Shown one piece after another: positions 31,201 through 39,714 of a DNA stretch of 64,000 bases. The first letter of the stretch is position 1. Each line of letters starts with the position of its first letter. Position numbers and translations under genes: made by a program. Under the pieces are notes generated by a model, which worked only from the letters and a program-made list of their open reading frames with translations, did no database searches and was not told where the DNA came from. This DNA comes from Nitrosopumilus sp. Lineage in GTDB: Archaea; Thermoproteota; Nitrososphaeria; Nitrososphaerales; Nitrosopumilaceae. The stretch lies in NCBI GenBank assembly GCA_965223425.1, contig OZ245003.1, forward strand, positions 704,001 through 768,000. The letters are read 5' to 3'.

Positions 31201-34200
31201 GTGTGGTGACCACCCTGGAGAACGGCACGCATACCGTACGGCAGGATGTCGGCTTTGCAGCAGCAGGTGACGGCGGCCTGCAGTCCGCAGTATCCTGCAC
31301 GGACAACAGGGACGATACCCCTGCAATCACCCTTGATCCTGCCACGGTGGACACCTCGTCTGCTGGCACCCACACCGTAACGTACTCCTGTGCTGATGAT
31401 GACGGCAACCCGTCTAATGATATAACAGTCACCTGGGATTTCGGTCCTGCAGCCCCCGTGCTTGCAGTAACGCCTGAAGACACTACAGTCACGCTGGCAC
31501 TCAACGCATCATACGAGATCCCCGCAGCAGCCTGCACAGACCACAAGGACGGCGACATCACCGGCACCGGGATTGTAACTGCCATCTCCTCGCCTGGAGG
31601 CCGGACAGTCGATGCAATAGACACCTCCTCTGAGGGCACCCACGGCATAACGTACTCCTGCACGGACTCTGACGGCAACACCGTAGAGCACAACGTAGCA
31701 GTCACAGTCCGGCCTGCCACAGTTGGAAACACGCCGCCTATCATAGTGCTAAACCCGCCTGAAATCATATTTGTTCCAGTCGGAGGCAGCTTTGAAGATG
31801 CCGATACCGGCGCCACCTGCTCTGATGACCAGGACGGCTCTATAACTGCCCCTGACAAACTCACGGTGGATACTGCCGCACTTGACATCAACGTGCCAGA
31901 CACGTACCAAGTCACCTACACTTGCGAGGATTCTCAAGGCGCCTCTGACACCATATCCAGAACCGTCCACGTGTACGGATTCACCGTAAAGGGGAACATT
32001 GCCGACTTTGCAACTGACATCACCACCTCTGATGAATACGAGGAAGGCACAATCCAAGACATTACAAACATTGAGAATCCATCCACCAGCATAAAATATT
32101 ACGATACAACCAGGCAAGAGATTGCTTCCTTTAACGGAACAACACCCCCCCAGGCAGGAACCTATACCGTAGAGTATACCGTGTCTACCCCAGGATCGTC
32201 CCCGCCCATAACCTACACCATCATAGAGACGGTGACTGCCACCACACCACCGGGTGACACCACACCACCGGGTGACACCACACGCCCCACAATCTCACTT
32301 GTCGGCGACTCTGAGATTACAGTCGAGGAAGGCACTGTCTACGATGATCCCGGAGCCGAGTGCACAGACTTGCAGGATGACTCCCCCGAACTGGTGACAT
32401 CCGGCTCAGTTGACACCTCCGAACCGGGCACCTACACGATAGAGTACACGTGCAAGGACGCTGCAGGCAACGAGTCAGAGACTGTTACCAGGACAGTCAC
32501 CGTACCTGACACCACGCCTCCAACCTTTGCGGTAAACGGCAACACAGGCGACTTTGCGACGTCCCTGGCAGAAGGCCAGACCTACAGGAACGGCAAGATA
32601 CAGAACATTACCGAGACTGGCAGCCCTCCGACTCGCACGGAGATAAGGTACTATAACGGCACCGGCGATGCCGCTGTCACCACTGCCGAAAACGAGATCG
32701 ACTCCATTAACAATACCAGGCCTGCCATAGGACATTACACCATACAGTATACAGTCTCTGACTCGGCCGTTTCGCCAAACAACCACACAATCACAGAGGA
32801 ACTCACCGTGCGCGCACCTGCCACGGTAACCATAGGGGCAATCGTCTCGACTACCGGCTCCATCTCGTCACTTGGCATACCTGCAAATGACACCATACAC
32901 CTGGCAGTAAACGACTTTAACGACGATTACCTTGCGCCAAAGGAGGCCTTGTGGAGGCTTGCAGTATCTACATATGATGACGGGTCTGCCCCCGGGGACG
33001 CCATTGCAGCACTGGAACTGCTTGCAGGCAGCAACATAACCTCCATTGTGGGCCCCCTCACAAGCGATGCGCTGTCTGCAGTAAAGGGCCACGCCCTGTT
33101 TGACAATCCGCCAAGGCTTGTCATAAGCTACGCATCTACTGCGCCCACAGACGATCTCAAACAGAAAGACGACCGCGTCTTTAGGATCGTCCCTGACGAT
33201 TCCAATACAGTCAGGGCATACGTCAGCCTCTTTGAGGCAGACTCTGTTGATTACGTGATTCCGGTGTTCCGCAACGACGCGTGGGGGGTAGCACTGAACC
33301 GGATCCTTGCAGATGAAATTGATGATCATAACAATAACAACAACAACAAAATAACCGTACACGGCGGAATACTGTACAACCCTGACCCAATGTCATTTTC
33401 TGCCAACACAACGCTTGCCCTGCTAAATGACACGCTAAGTCGGGATTCCGTCAGTGAAAAGACCCCCGCAGTGGTGGTGTTCGGATTCAATGAGACCCTT
33501 GACATACTCAACGAGGCTGCAGCCACTGCGAATCTGCCTGCAGCAAAGTGGTACGGCAGCGACGCCGTGGCGCCATCAAAGCTGCTTGAGGGCAACACCC
33601 CACGGGACGAGAATCGCAAGACATTCCTTGAGCGCACCGACTATAACGTGCTCACCCTTGCAATAGACGAAAACGAGAAAAACAAGAGGATAGACCGCTC
33701 TGTGGACAACGCTGACGTGTACTCCTATGCGGCATATGACGCAGTATTCATACTCGGCACTGCCATACACCTCAACGGCGGCCCTGTAGGCAATGTGGTC
33801 AACGGGGGCCTGACTGACGCCATCGCGCAGGTGGCAGACAACACAAACAAACACTATACAGACCCTGCCATGGGCAACACCACGCTCAACGAGTACGGCG
33901 ACCTGCTGCAGGCTGATTACTTTGTCCTCTCCCTTGATGCAGGCAGCGGGACATCCTTTGAGCCAGAATTCAGGTATGATCACTCATCAGGCACCCTTGA
34001 GGGTCTTGTCTTGCTTGGCGGCGGCGGTGGCAGCAGCGGAGACGTCTCTGCCCCCTCAATCCGCACGGGCTTTGATGCAAACCAGTACCCCCTGATATAC
34101 GACAGGGTAAAGTACGACCATGACACGATCAACTCTCCCCACACTGCCACGATACGCGCAGGTAGCGGCGAAAAACTTCTCAGCACCCTCACAGTATACG

Positions 34201-34943
34201 AGAACGGCGGGGCGCAAAACGTCCGACACGTCGACATGTTTGTCGCACACAGCGGCAGGACAATACACAACGACGGCACGGAAACCCACGTTACCTACGA
34301 TTCGGGCAGCGTCCGTATAACTGATCCGCACGGCCTGATTGCCAGCGCCACGGTGGAGGCATCTGCCATTGATGCCACAAAGGCGCAGTTTGAGTTTGCC
34401 ATAACCTTTGCCAAGAAGGTTCCGCTCTCTGACGTGCTGTACCGCCTGTGGGACACCAGCAGAAACGCGCTTTACATCCACCTTGAGGACGCACTTGTGG
34501 TGTCTGAGGGAAGGAAAGGCGGCAGTAGCAGCGGAGGCGGAGGCGGAGGCGGCAGCAGTAGCAGCAGCAGTGCTGCCACCACAACCGCTGGCGGCAGCGG
34601 CAACGGCACAACCACAACAACAACCACCGCCGCCGCTGGCAACGGCACCGCAGCTGACACTGCAGACAAACAGCAACAACCACAACAACCCCGACAGGGC
34701 TTTACCGCAGAACAGCTTGCCACCCTAAAGCAGTGGGGCGGATTTGCGTCCCAGTCCGCATCTGACTCGCAGCTTTTAGCCCAGTTCGGAATAGAGGGCA
34801 CCAGCATCCCCCCATACTTTAAGCAGACAGCAAAGTGGTTCCTCGATGCAGATGACGGCGGCGGTGACGGCGGCAGCCTGACTGCGCAGGAGTTTGTCGC
34901 AGCGCTGTCGTACCTTGGGCAGCGCGGCCTGCTGCTAAACTGA
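25287..34943 (+). CDS. Giant modular cell-surface protein 2 (signal peptide, putative lectin-like domain, PKD, beta-propeller, 7 LVIVD-like repeats, Ig-like repeats, LivJ/ANF-receptor-like domain, C-terminal motif)
   Basis: 3218-aa open frame; paralogue of 7986-17699 with a closely similar signal peptide and C-terminal region. Confidence 0.9.
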   Translation: MQRLIKPPFLAAATTTAIAMAALVLLIPLCIPPADAATDATSVPTDWSLIPSGLGDGDQFRLLITTSTKRNAASSDIAVYDTYIQNLVASGHADIQEHSSSFRVVGSTNAVDARDHTGTTYTDDDKGPPIYWLKGAKVADNYQDFYDGSWDEERSGRNEHGNELLFGSSDTVNVFTGSNDDGTKHGNSLGSSSVHVGVPNNDGGARLNPLGNVAISLSSSETHPFYGISPVFQVGSINAVPTAKISAPDTADEGTTVTLDGTSSSDDDGTISSYAWSASDASVAITNSSQKTASFTAPQVTEDTPLVITLKVTDNDGDTGSAQHTVTITNTVTDPPRFVSAELDESTGMLKITFDKTIDASGVDATKFHIRESGSVTGGVTLSAPELDTAATTTDGTALSFTLTGPNRDAVIALDDPQLEIGEGAVADVNGTRITAAFDISTARFAESFAFPLTTDNAANSISFSNDGLRMFLADARPVNVRQYALPAAFDVSGASLTRSVMLSFSNIGLSGLTFSNDGLKMFTVDILTDQVRQYALPAAFDVSGASLTRSDTLVSAMGDLAFSNDGLSVFVLQAFSSTVTRYDLSAPFNMTGASKVGSHTFGLLGVSSYGLTFSNDGHRMFITSQRDSGASHHTDTMYQYDLPTAFDTTGASLVGTLGVSPQPTGSRNTAFSNDGLEMFLLDRTNSTVHRYDLRLLYDIDRVLPPDINVVPVASFDDGDTVKVGNTNKTFDELSRPYGITTVKIGSSTYSLVASFDDDGVQIINITNPAKPVPTSSFDDGDTVTAVDGTPRTFDELDSVRDITTVKIGSSTYALVASSSDDGVQLVNITNPAKPVPTSSFDDGDTVKVGSTNKTFDKLDGAYGITTVKIGTSTYALVASFDDDGVQIVNITDPANPVPTSSFGKGDTVKVGSTNKTFDELDGALGITVVDMGTSTYALVTAYNDNGVQIVNITDPAKPVPAVSFDKGDTVEVGSTDKTFDELGGAWGITVVDMGTSTYALVAANTDDGVQLVNITNPAKPVPTSSFGKGDTVEVDNTEKTFDGLDGVRGITTATIGSNTYALVASYADDGVQIIDITDPANPFPSISINNGDTVKVGNTNKTFDKLGGAQDITVVDIGSNTYALVAAYDDNGVQIMEISARSAASLPTVAPTLVSVERHDPATQSTNDRNPTFRVTFSKAVNNVDAPDFETLGDATATVSAVTPVSDTVYHVEVNVTADGIVNLGIDAVHNIQDAAGNSLSGTGPTETDEPYTIDTVPPTLASVTRHSPAEEDTSNNILVFRANFSEAVANVDEPDFVILGNANMSNFAVTPVPSSSNSTYEVRVFVLIDGTVELGINATANDITDAAGNALSGTGPTGANETYTVDKVLPALTSVERHDPLTENTNDDTPTFRVTFSEAVVNVDQSDFLDTGSATAAVSAVVPVPGGKIYDVGVTVTANGTVGLSISLTTDIEDAAGNLMRLGLPSGDNELYSVSLLPQAENRPPTITLTGDNPATAERYVTYTDAGAACADPDGDDITLTNSSNVDTDTVSLPASPYRYTYSCTDQHGLAATNKTRLVSVEDTVTPVITLVGPASVSLTVGDTYTEEGATCTDSGRLLGAASIGGATVDTAVVNEYDVVYACSDGYNNAIPVTRTVTVTEPTTTPPTPTPPTPTPPTPTDDSGAPTFTARTGPATNQVTVTFSENVNSTADSHTAWGVAGSTVTAVTGLDGTDDTAVITLQSPIRPPDATPAVTYDDDAGDISDAAGNRMLTATVTATAGHPADLHIHLIGDAFLYHPYGEPYTDEGALCHDADGNDITDTGDYETLPYLNRTQTINVNLHADTALNFTHPTQNLYRPFDPQEVTYNCTTPLVSVEDSRLVALRDETPPEIHLNGPRNVDLELGESFGDPDPATCTDTPLKSQMERVGGLFYLTVLSSSLPDGYQNTAGEYTITYTCSDSKGNDAEDTSRTLHVGTPDNTPPVLAVNPGVVTTLENGTHTVRQDVGFAAAGDGGLQSAVSCTDNRDDTPAITLDPATVDTSSAGTHTVTYSCADDDGNPSNDITVTWDFGPAAPVLAVTPEDTTVTLALNASYEIPAAACTDHKDGDITGTGIVTAISSPGGRTVDAIDTSSEGTHGITYSCTDSDGNTVEHNVAVTVRPATVGNTPPIIVLNPPEIIFVPVGGSFEDADTGATCSDDQDGSITAPDKLTVDTAALDINVPDTYQVTYTCEDSQGASDTISRTVHVYGFTVKGNIADFATDITTSDEYEEGTIQDITNIENPSTSIKYYDTTRQEIASFNGTTPPQAGTYTVEYTVSTPGSSPPITYTIIETVTATTPPGDTTPPGDTTRPTISLVGDSEITVEEGTVYDDPGAECTDLQDDSPELVTSGSVDTSEPGTYTIEYTCKDAAGNESETVTRTVTVPDTTPPTFAVNGNTGDFATSLAEGQTYRNGKIQNITETGSPPTRTEIRYYNGTGDAAVTTAENEIDSINNTRPAIGHYTIQYTVSDSAVSPNNHTITEELTVRAPATVTIGAIVSTTGSISSLGIPANDTIHLAVNDFNDDYLAPKEALWRLAVSTYDDGSAPGDAIAALELLAGSNITSIVGPLTSDALSAVKGHALFDNPPRLVISYASTAPTDDLKQKDDRVFRIVPDDSNTVRAYVSLFEADSVDYVIPVFRNDAWGVALNRILADEIDDHNNNNNNKITVHGGILYNPDPMSFSANTTLALLNDTLSRDSVSEKTPAVVVFGFNETLDILNEAAATANLPAAKWYGSDAVAPSKLLEGNTPRDENRKTFLERTDYNVLTLAIDENEKNKRIDRSVDNADVYSYAAYDAVFILGTAIHLNGGPVGNVVNGGLTDAIAQVADNTNKHYTDPAMGNTTLNEYGDLLQADYFVLSLDAGSGTSFEPEFRYDHSSGTLEGLVLLGGGGGSSGDVSAPSIRTGFDANQYPLIYDRVKYDHDTINSPHTATIRAGSGEKLLSTLTVYENGGAQNVRHVDMFVAHSGRTIHNDGTETHVTYDSGSVRITDPHGLIASATVEASAIDATKAQFEFAITFAKKVPLSDVLYRLWDTSRNALYIHLEDALVVSEGRKGGSSSGGGGGGGSSSSSSAATTTAGGSGNGTTTTTTTAAAGNGTAADTADKQQQPQQPRQGFTAEQLATLKQWGGFASQSASDSQLLAQFGIEGTSIPPYFKQTAKWFLDADDGGGDGGSLTAQEFVAALSYLGQRGLLLN
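27414..28710 (+). repeat. Seven ~186-bp intragenic LVIVD-like repeats
   Basis: GVQ(I/L)(I/V)(N/D)IT(N/D)PA(K/N)P six times plus a terminal GVQIMEIS. Confidence 0.9.
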
Positions 34944-34996
34944 GAAGACGCCAAAAGGCGCCACCTGCCCGTCAAAGACTGACGGCTTGCCGCAGA

Positions 34997-35190
34997 TCAC
35001 CGGGAACGCGGCCAGGATCCGCATTTATCTGACACGCAAGGTGTTATCAAACCCCCGCGGTCCACGGTTCTGATCCTGCAATCCGGATTGCGGCACATCA
35101 TCATCCCATATGCGCTGTTTTCCCTGGCCGTTCCAAACAGCAATGTTTTTTTCAAGGTCTTTGGCCGCAGTACTCCCGATGCTTTGCAGG
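34997..35190 (-). pseudogene. Possible TnpB-like C-terminal remnant
   Basis: MMMCRNPDCRIRTVDR resembles the CxxxxC...DRD end of IS200/IS605 TnpB; degenerate. Confidence 0.3.
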
Positions 35191-35448
35191 CTGCCAAGAG
35201 GAGAGACTTTCCGCTGCAGAACCACACACGCCCAGAATCTGCAGGATCGAATCACTGGTTACAGTTCAGAGGAGAACCTGGTACTTTTGTGAAGACTTTC
35301 TCCAGCTATGAAATGAAATGTGCCCTAACTAAGGAACCACTTCTCATGTGCAGAACCAAACCGCTGATCTGTTCTCAGATTTGAGGCACATTTCGCTTAG
35401 TTGTTGGTTGGAAAAACAATTAATTATGCAAACTGATTCATACAAATT

Positions 35449-36294
35449 ATGAGTTACGCCCATCCAGAAGTTTTAGTAGATACTGACTGGGTATCACAAA
35501 ATCCTCCCAACGAACATAGGAAATTAGTTGAGGTTGACTATGATCCTGTAAACGGATATCAAAAAGGCCACATTAATGGCGCCAGTCTTATCTGGTGGAA
35601 ACGTGACATCAATGATCCAGTTACACGAGATATTATTGGTAAAAAACAATTTGAAGCATTAATGTCAAAAAACGGAATTACTTCAGACAGCGAGGTCATT
35701 CTTTATGGTGATTTTAACAACTGGTTTGCAGCATTTGTTTTCTGGGTTTTCAAATATTATGGACATGAAAACCTAAAGATTATGAACGGTGGAAGAAAAA
35801 AATGGGAGTTAGAAAGTAAGGACTACACTACTGATGAACCACAAACTGCTTCAACAACATACAACGCACAACCTCCCGACGAGGGATTACGTGCTTATCT
35901 GTTTGATGTTAGTAGAGCATTAGGAAAAGAAGACACTGTAATGGTTGATGTAAGATCTCCTGCTGAATTTTCTGGCGAAATTACTGCTCCTCCAGAATAC
36001 CCGATGGAGCATGCACAAAGAGGCGGACACATTCCTAACGCAAACAACGTTCCATGGGCAACTGCAGTAAATGATGCTGATGGAACATTCAAAGCAGTTG
36101 AAGAATTAAAACAAAACTATGAACCAAAAGGTGTAACTCCGGACAAAGATGTAATCTGTTACTGTAGAATTGGAGAAAGATCATCACACAGCTGGTTTGT
36201 TTTAAAATATCTATTGGGATACTCCAAAGTTCGAAACTATGACGGTTCTTGGACTGAATGGGGAAACATGATAGGAAATCCCGTGGAAAAATAA
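35449..36294 (+). CDS. Thiosulfate sulfurtransferase (tandem rhodanese)
   Basis: GHINGA, DVRSPAEF, GHIP, YCRIGERSS and YDGSWTEW. Confidence 0.93.
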   Translation: MSYAHPEVLVDTDWVSQNPPNEHRKLVEVDYDPVNGYQKGHINGASLIWWKRDINDPVTRDIIGKKQFEALMSKNGITSDSEVILYGDFNNWFAAFVFWVFKYYGHENLKIMNGGRKKWELESKDYTTDEPQTASTTYNAQPPDEGLRAYLFDVSRALGKEDTVMVDVRSPAEFSGEITAPPEYPMEHAQRGGHIPNANNVPWATAVNDADGTFKAVEELKQNYEPKGVTPDKDVICYCRIGERSSHSWFVLKYLLGYSKVRNYDGSWTEWGNMIGNPVEK

Positions 36295-36295
36295 A

Positions 36296-36613
36296 TTGCT
36301 TTTAGACCTTCCTGTTCTTAAGAAGGGCTCTTTTTATTTTATCAAAGACGGCAATGCCGATTTTATCATGGAGGACAAAACCAAGCGAGGGCTTGCAGTT
36401 AAGGAGACATCAATTGATGAAAAACTGAACGTAAGAGCCGACAAGGGAATGATCCATGATATGGATGGAATTGGGCATTGGGTTCCTATCAGATGGTATT
36501 TCCCTAAGGGTTCCCATGATCTCTCCCAGATAGCAGAACATGCCGAAGCGATGGAAGAAAAATACACTAAACTTAGAGAACTCACGTGCCCTGACGATGA
36601 TGATGACGACTGA
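36296..36613 (+). CDS. Hypothetical protein
   Basis: 105-aa ORF starting 1 nt after the rhodanese stop; core codon style. Confidence 0.7.
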   Translation: MLLDLPVLKKGSFYFIKDGNADFIMEDKTKRGLAVKETSIDEKLNVRADKGMIHDMDGIGHWVPIRWYFPKGSHDLSQIAEHAEAMEEKYTKLRELTCPDDDDDD

Positions 36614-36649
36614 TAACCTTTTTAAATAAATTAGAGCTAGAAAAATCAA

Positions 36650-37597
36650 ATGTCATTACTGTTAAAAGATCGAGTTTGGTCAATGGAGGCCCCGACTGCA
36701 AAACGCGGTGTTTATCCACTGCATGGATACAAAATTGGGCTTTATCGATTACCAATCACACTTGAGGATCCGGCGGAACTAAAGTCGGTTCATGATGGCC
36801 TCAAAAAGGCATTTGAAATGGACATGTATGCAGATAGAATTTTTGCAACATACAGTTGGAAAGAACAAAACATGAAAGATCCGGATGCAAAAGGATACGA
36901 GGAAGTTGACCTGTCCGTTACAGTAGAAATTGTCACCGGAGAAGTCGTTGATATCATTTATCAAATTTTCCCAATTGAAAAATTTGGTGACCCAAACTGG
37001 GTCAAAAATTATAGAAAAAAGGCAGATCATTTTGCAAAAATGGTAATTGATACCGTTTTACGTAATACCATCTTGGCTGACAAGATGGTTTCCTACTATG
37101 TTAAAACTGAAAAAATTTCCGAAGTTGCCGCTATTCAAAAACTTGAAGAGCTTACGCCATTGGCAAAAATTGTCCTTGGCGCAAAAGCAAAAGCTGTTGA
37201 AGTAACAGAAGATGAGGATGAAGAAGATGACGGTACAATTGAAATTCCAGATGGCGCCAAACCTGGCCCAATCGACGTTGAGTATAAATCAAAACTGAAA
37301 GCATCTGCGTCATACGAGGCCCCTGAACACACAATCAAGACTTGGGGAAGAAAGGGCACAAGCAACGGAATCATGGGAGTTTGGGGGGAGTTTGTTTCAG
37401 TAGACTATGATATTTGTATTGCAGACGGTGGATGCATTGAGGCATGCCCAGTGGCTGTTTACGAGTGGTTTGATACTCCGGGAAACCCTGGATCAGAGAA
37501 GAAACCGTTGATGTCCAAAGAACCTGACTGTATCTTTTGCCTTGCATGTGAGGGTGTTTGTCCGCCACAGGCAATCAAGATCTATGAGCAAAAATAG
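36650..37597 (+). CDS. 4Fe-4S ferredoxin-domain protein with long N-terminal extension
   Basis: CIADGGCIEACP and CIFCLACEGVCP. Confidence 0.85.
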   Translation: MSLLLKDRVWSMEAPTAKRGVYPLHGYKIGLYRLPITLEDPAELKSVHDGLKKAFEMDMYADRIFATYSWKEQNMKDPDAKGYEEVDLSVTVEIVTGEVVDIIYQIFPIEKFGDPNWVKNYRKKADHFAKMVIDTVLRNTILADKMVSYYVKTEKISEVAAIQKLEELTPLAKIVLGAKAKAVEVTEDEDEEDDGTIEIPDGAKPGPIDVEYKSKLKASASYEAPEHTIKTWGRKGTSNGIMGVWGEFVSVDYDICIADGGCIEACPVAVYEWFDTPGNPGSEKKPLMSKEPDCIFCLACEGVCPPQAIKIYEQK

Positions 37598-37650
37598 TCG
37601 CAATTTCTTGCAAGTATAAATAGCAAATAGTAATTCTGAGAAATTAGAAC

Positions 37651-39714
37651 ATGTCGGCTAACCCTTTCACCCAAATTGTATTTGATCTGTTTATTATTTC
37701 AGCTGTAATAATCACTGCGTATACCTGTAATTTTTACTATCTTGCATTTCTTTCTCGAAAAAGAAGAGACGCTGTATCTACAACTGATTTAGGAACCCCG
37801 TCAATTACAGTACAGCTGCCAATTTACAATGAAAAGTATGTTGCAAAACGACTTGTAGATTCTGTGTGCAACCTGGATTACCCAAAGGAGAAGATGAGAA
37901 TTATGGTACTGGATGATTCTGATGATGATACTGCGGAATTGCTTAGAGGTACAGTTGATGATTACAAGAAGCAAGGGTTTCAAATTGAACATGTTAGACG
38001 TGGAACCAGAAAAGGGTACAAGGCAGGCGCGCTCAAATACGCCATGCAGACAACTGATACGGAGCTTGTTGCAATTTTTGACGCTGATTTTATTCCCCCT
38101 GAATGGTTTCTCAAAAGAGCAATCCCTCACTTTTCAAAACCAAATATTGGCCTGATTCAATGTAGGTGGGGACATGTAAATGAAAACTATTCTGCAATCA
38201 CCCAAGCACAGGCACTAAGCCTTGACTTTCATTTTCTCATAGAACAAAAGGCAAAAAGCAATTCCCATTTGTTCATGAATTTCAATGGGACTGCCGGAAT
38301 CTGGAAGCGTAGTTGTATTGAGGACGCAGGCGGTTGGCATTCTGCTACGCTAGTTGAAGACCTTGATCTCAGCTACAGGGCACAAATGAAAGGATGGAAG
38401 TGTGTTTTCCTACCTGATATTGTAGTTAATGCAGAACTGCCTGTCCAGATGAACGCAGCTAAAAGACAACAGTTTCGTTGGGCCAAAGGCTCTATTCAGT
38501 GTGCCATAAAACTACTTGTCGCTATTGCAATCAAACGTAAGGTGGCAGTTGAGGCCAAGGTTCAGGCCTTCATTCAATTAACTCGCCATATTGTTTACCC
38601 ATTAATGCTAATCCAGTTTTTGGCGTTACCAGTTTTGCTGGCAGCACAAATCAACCTCTATGTGGTAAGCTTTATTCCTGCTATAACAATTGCAACGTAT
38701 CTTGCAATGGGACCTGGTGCATACATTATGATTATACAAAGCATGTATCACAAGTCATGGAAATCTAAAGCAAAGATACTGCCTGCTTTGCTAGTCTATA
38801 ACGCTGGAATGTCAGTAAACAATACTGTTGCCGTGTTTGATGCAGTGTTTGGAAAGAAAAACGAGTTTCTTAGAACCCCAAAATATGGAATTATTACAAA
38901 AGAGGATGATTGGAGGAACAAAGCATACAATCTGCCGTTTACGCAAACCACCCTTTTGGAGATATTTTTTGGCGTATATGGAATAATGGGAATCTTTGTT
39001 GCAATATTTTCAAACAATCCCATTTTTGTTCCCATCATCGCGCTTCAGGCAGTTGGGTTTTTCTTTATTGCCTACATGAGCCTGTCCCATACACGATTTA
39101 AAAGAAATAAATCAAGCGTCCATCATGCGGTGACTAAGAACGAGAAGATGGCTAACATTATCTACAAACTTTCTATGGTCGGTATTGCCGCAATTATTGT
39201 TTTTGGAGGATACATGGCAATTACTGGCTACCATGCTGATGTCTATCCACTTGACCTGATGAGGGGGTACATGACTGCAATAATTGGCTCATCTGATCCT
39301 GCCGCAATTCGCGCTAGTTTGGTGGCAACCCAGGCACAGTTGGACATAGTTTTAGAAAAACTGCCTGAGACAACAAGTGTTAGCGGTGCAATTTCTAAAA
39401 ATCCGGTATGGCTGTTTCCTACAGAATCCACCAATTTCCTTAGAATACAAAATGATGTAAACACCATGATGGCAAGCGTTGAAAAAATATCAACTGTTCC
39501 AAGGGACAGCTCTGCATATCATACTGGAATGCTGGATGTCAATGACAGGGCCATGTCCTTGAGAGTAGACATTATGGATGCCACTCCATACATGTATGTG
39601 CAAATTCAAAACATTATGTTCAGCGCAGTTTGGATTGTTGCCATCATATTCATATTTGCTGCACTAAAACGAAAGAAAGATCAACTCAAAGAAGTTGATG
39701 AATCTGGAGTTTAA
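37651..39714 (+). CDS. GT2 processive glycosyltransferase (cellulose/mannan synthase-like)
   Basis: QLPIYNE, DDS, GYKAGAL, DAD, VEDLDLS and QQFRW; multiple TM segments. Confidence 0.9.
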   Translation: MSANPFTQIVFDLFIISAVIITAYTCNFYYLAFLSRKRRDAVSTTDLGTPSITVQLPIYNEKYVAKRLVDSVCNLDYPKEKMRIMVLDDSDDDTAELLRGTVDDYKKQGFQIEHVRRGTRKGYKAGALKYAMQTTDTELVAIFDADFIPPEWFLKRAIPHFSKPNIGLIQCRWGHVNENYSAITQAQALSLDFHFLIEQKAKSNSHLFMNFNGTAGIWKRSCIEDAGGWHSATLVEDLDLSYRAQMKGWKCVFLPDIVVNAELPVQMNAAKRQQFRWAKGSIQCAIKLLVAIAIKRKVAVEAKVQAFIQLTRHIVYPLMLIQFLALPVLLAAQINLYVVSFIPAITIATYLAMGPGAYIMIIQSMYHKSWKSKAKILPALLVYNAGMSVNNTVAVFDAVFGKKNEFLRTPKYGIITKEDDWRNKAYNLPFTQTTLLEIFFGVYGIMGIFVAIFSNNPIFVPIIALQAVGFFFIAYMSLSHTRFKRNKSSVHHAVTKNEKMANIIYKLSMVGIAAIIVFGGYMAITGYHADVYPLDLMRGYMTAIIGSSDPAAIRASLVATQAQLDIVLEKLPETTSVSGAISKNPVWLFPTESTNFLRIQNDVNTMMASVEKISTVPRDSSAYHTGMLDVNDRAMSLRVDIMDATPYMYVQIQNIMFSAVWIVAIIFIFAALKRKKDQLKEVDESGV

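Larger units (their letters stand above)
24928..35403. mobile_element. Non-autonomous composite transposon with ISH3-type ends carrying giant gene 2
   Basis: Inverted ends cagctaagcgaaatgt (24928-24943) and acatttcgcttagttg (35388-35403), 15/16 match; flanking TTGGTT at 24922-24927 and 35404-35409; inverted sub-terminal homology. Confidence 0.75.

Noticed and set aside
7986-34943. Diversity-generating retroelement as the source of variation in the giant genes
   Set aside because: No reverse transcriptase in the window, no template/variable repeat pair, and differences are not adenine-specific.
9134-34975. Many long antisense and alternate-frame ORFs within the giant genes (e.g. 28652-29881, 13307-14179)
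   Set aside because: Expected shadows of GC-rich, biased codon usage; no recognisable motifs.
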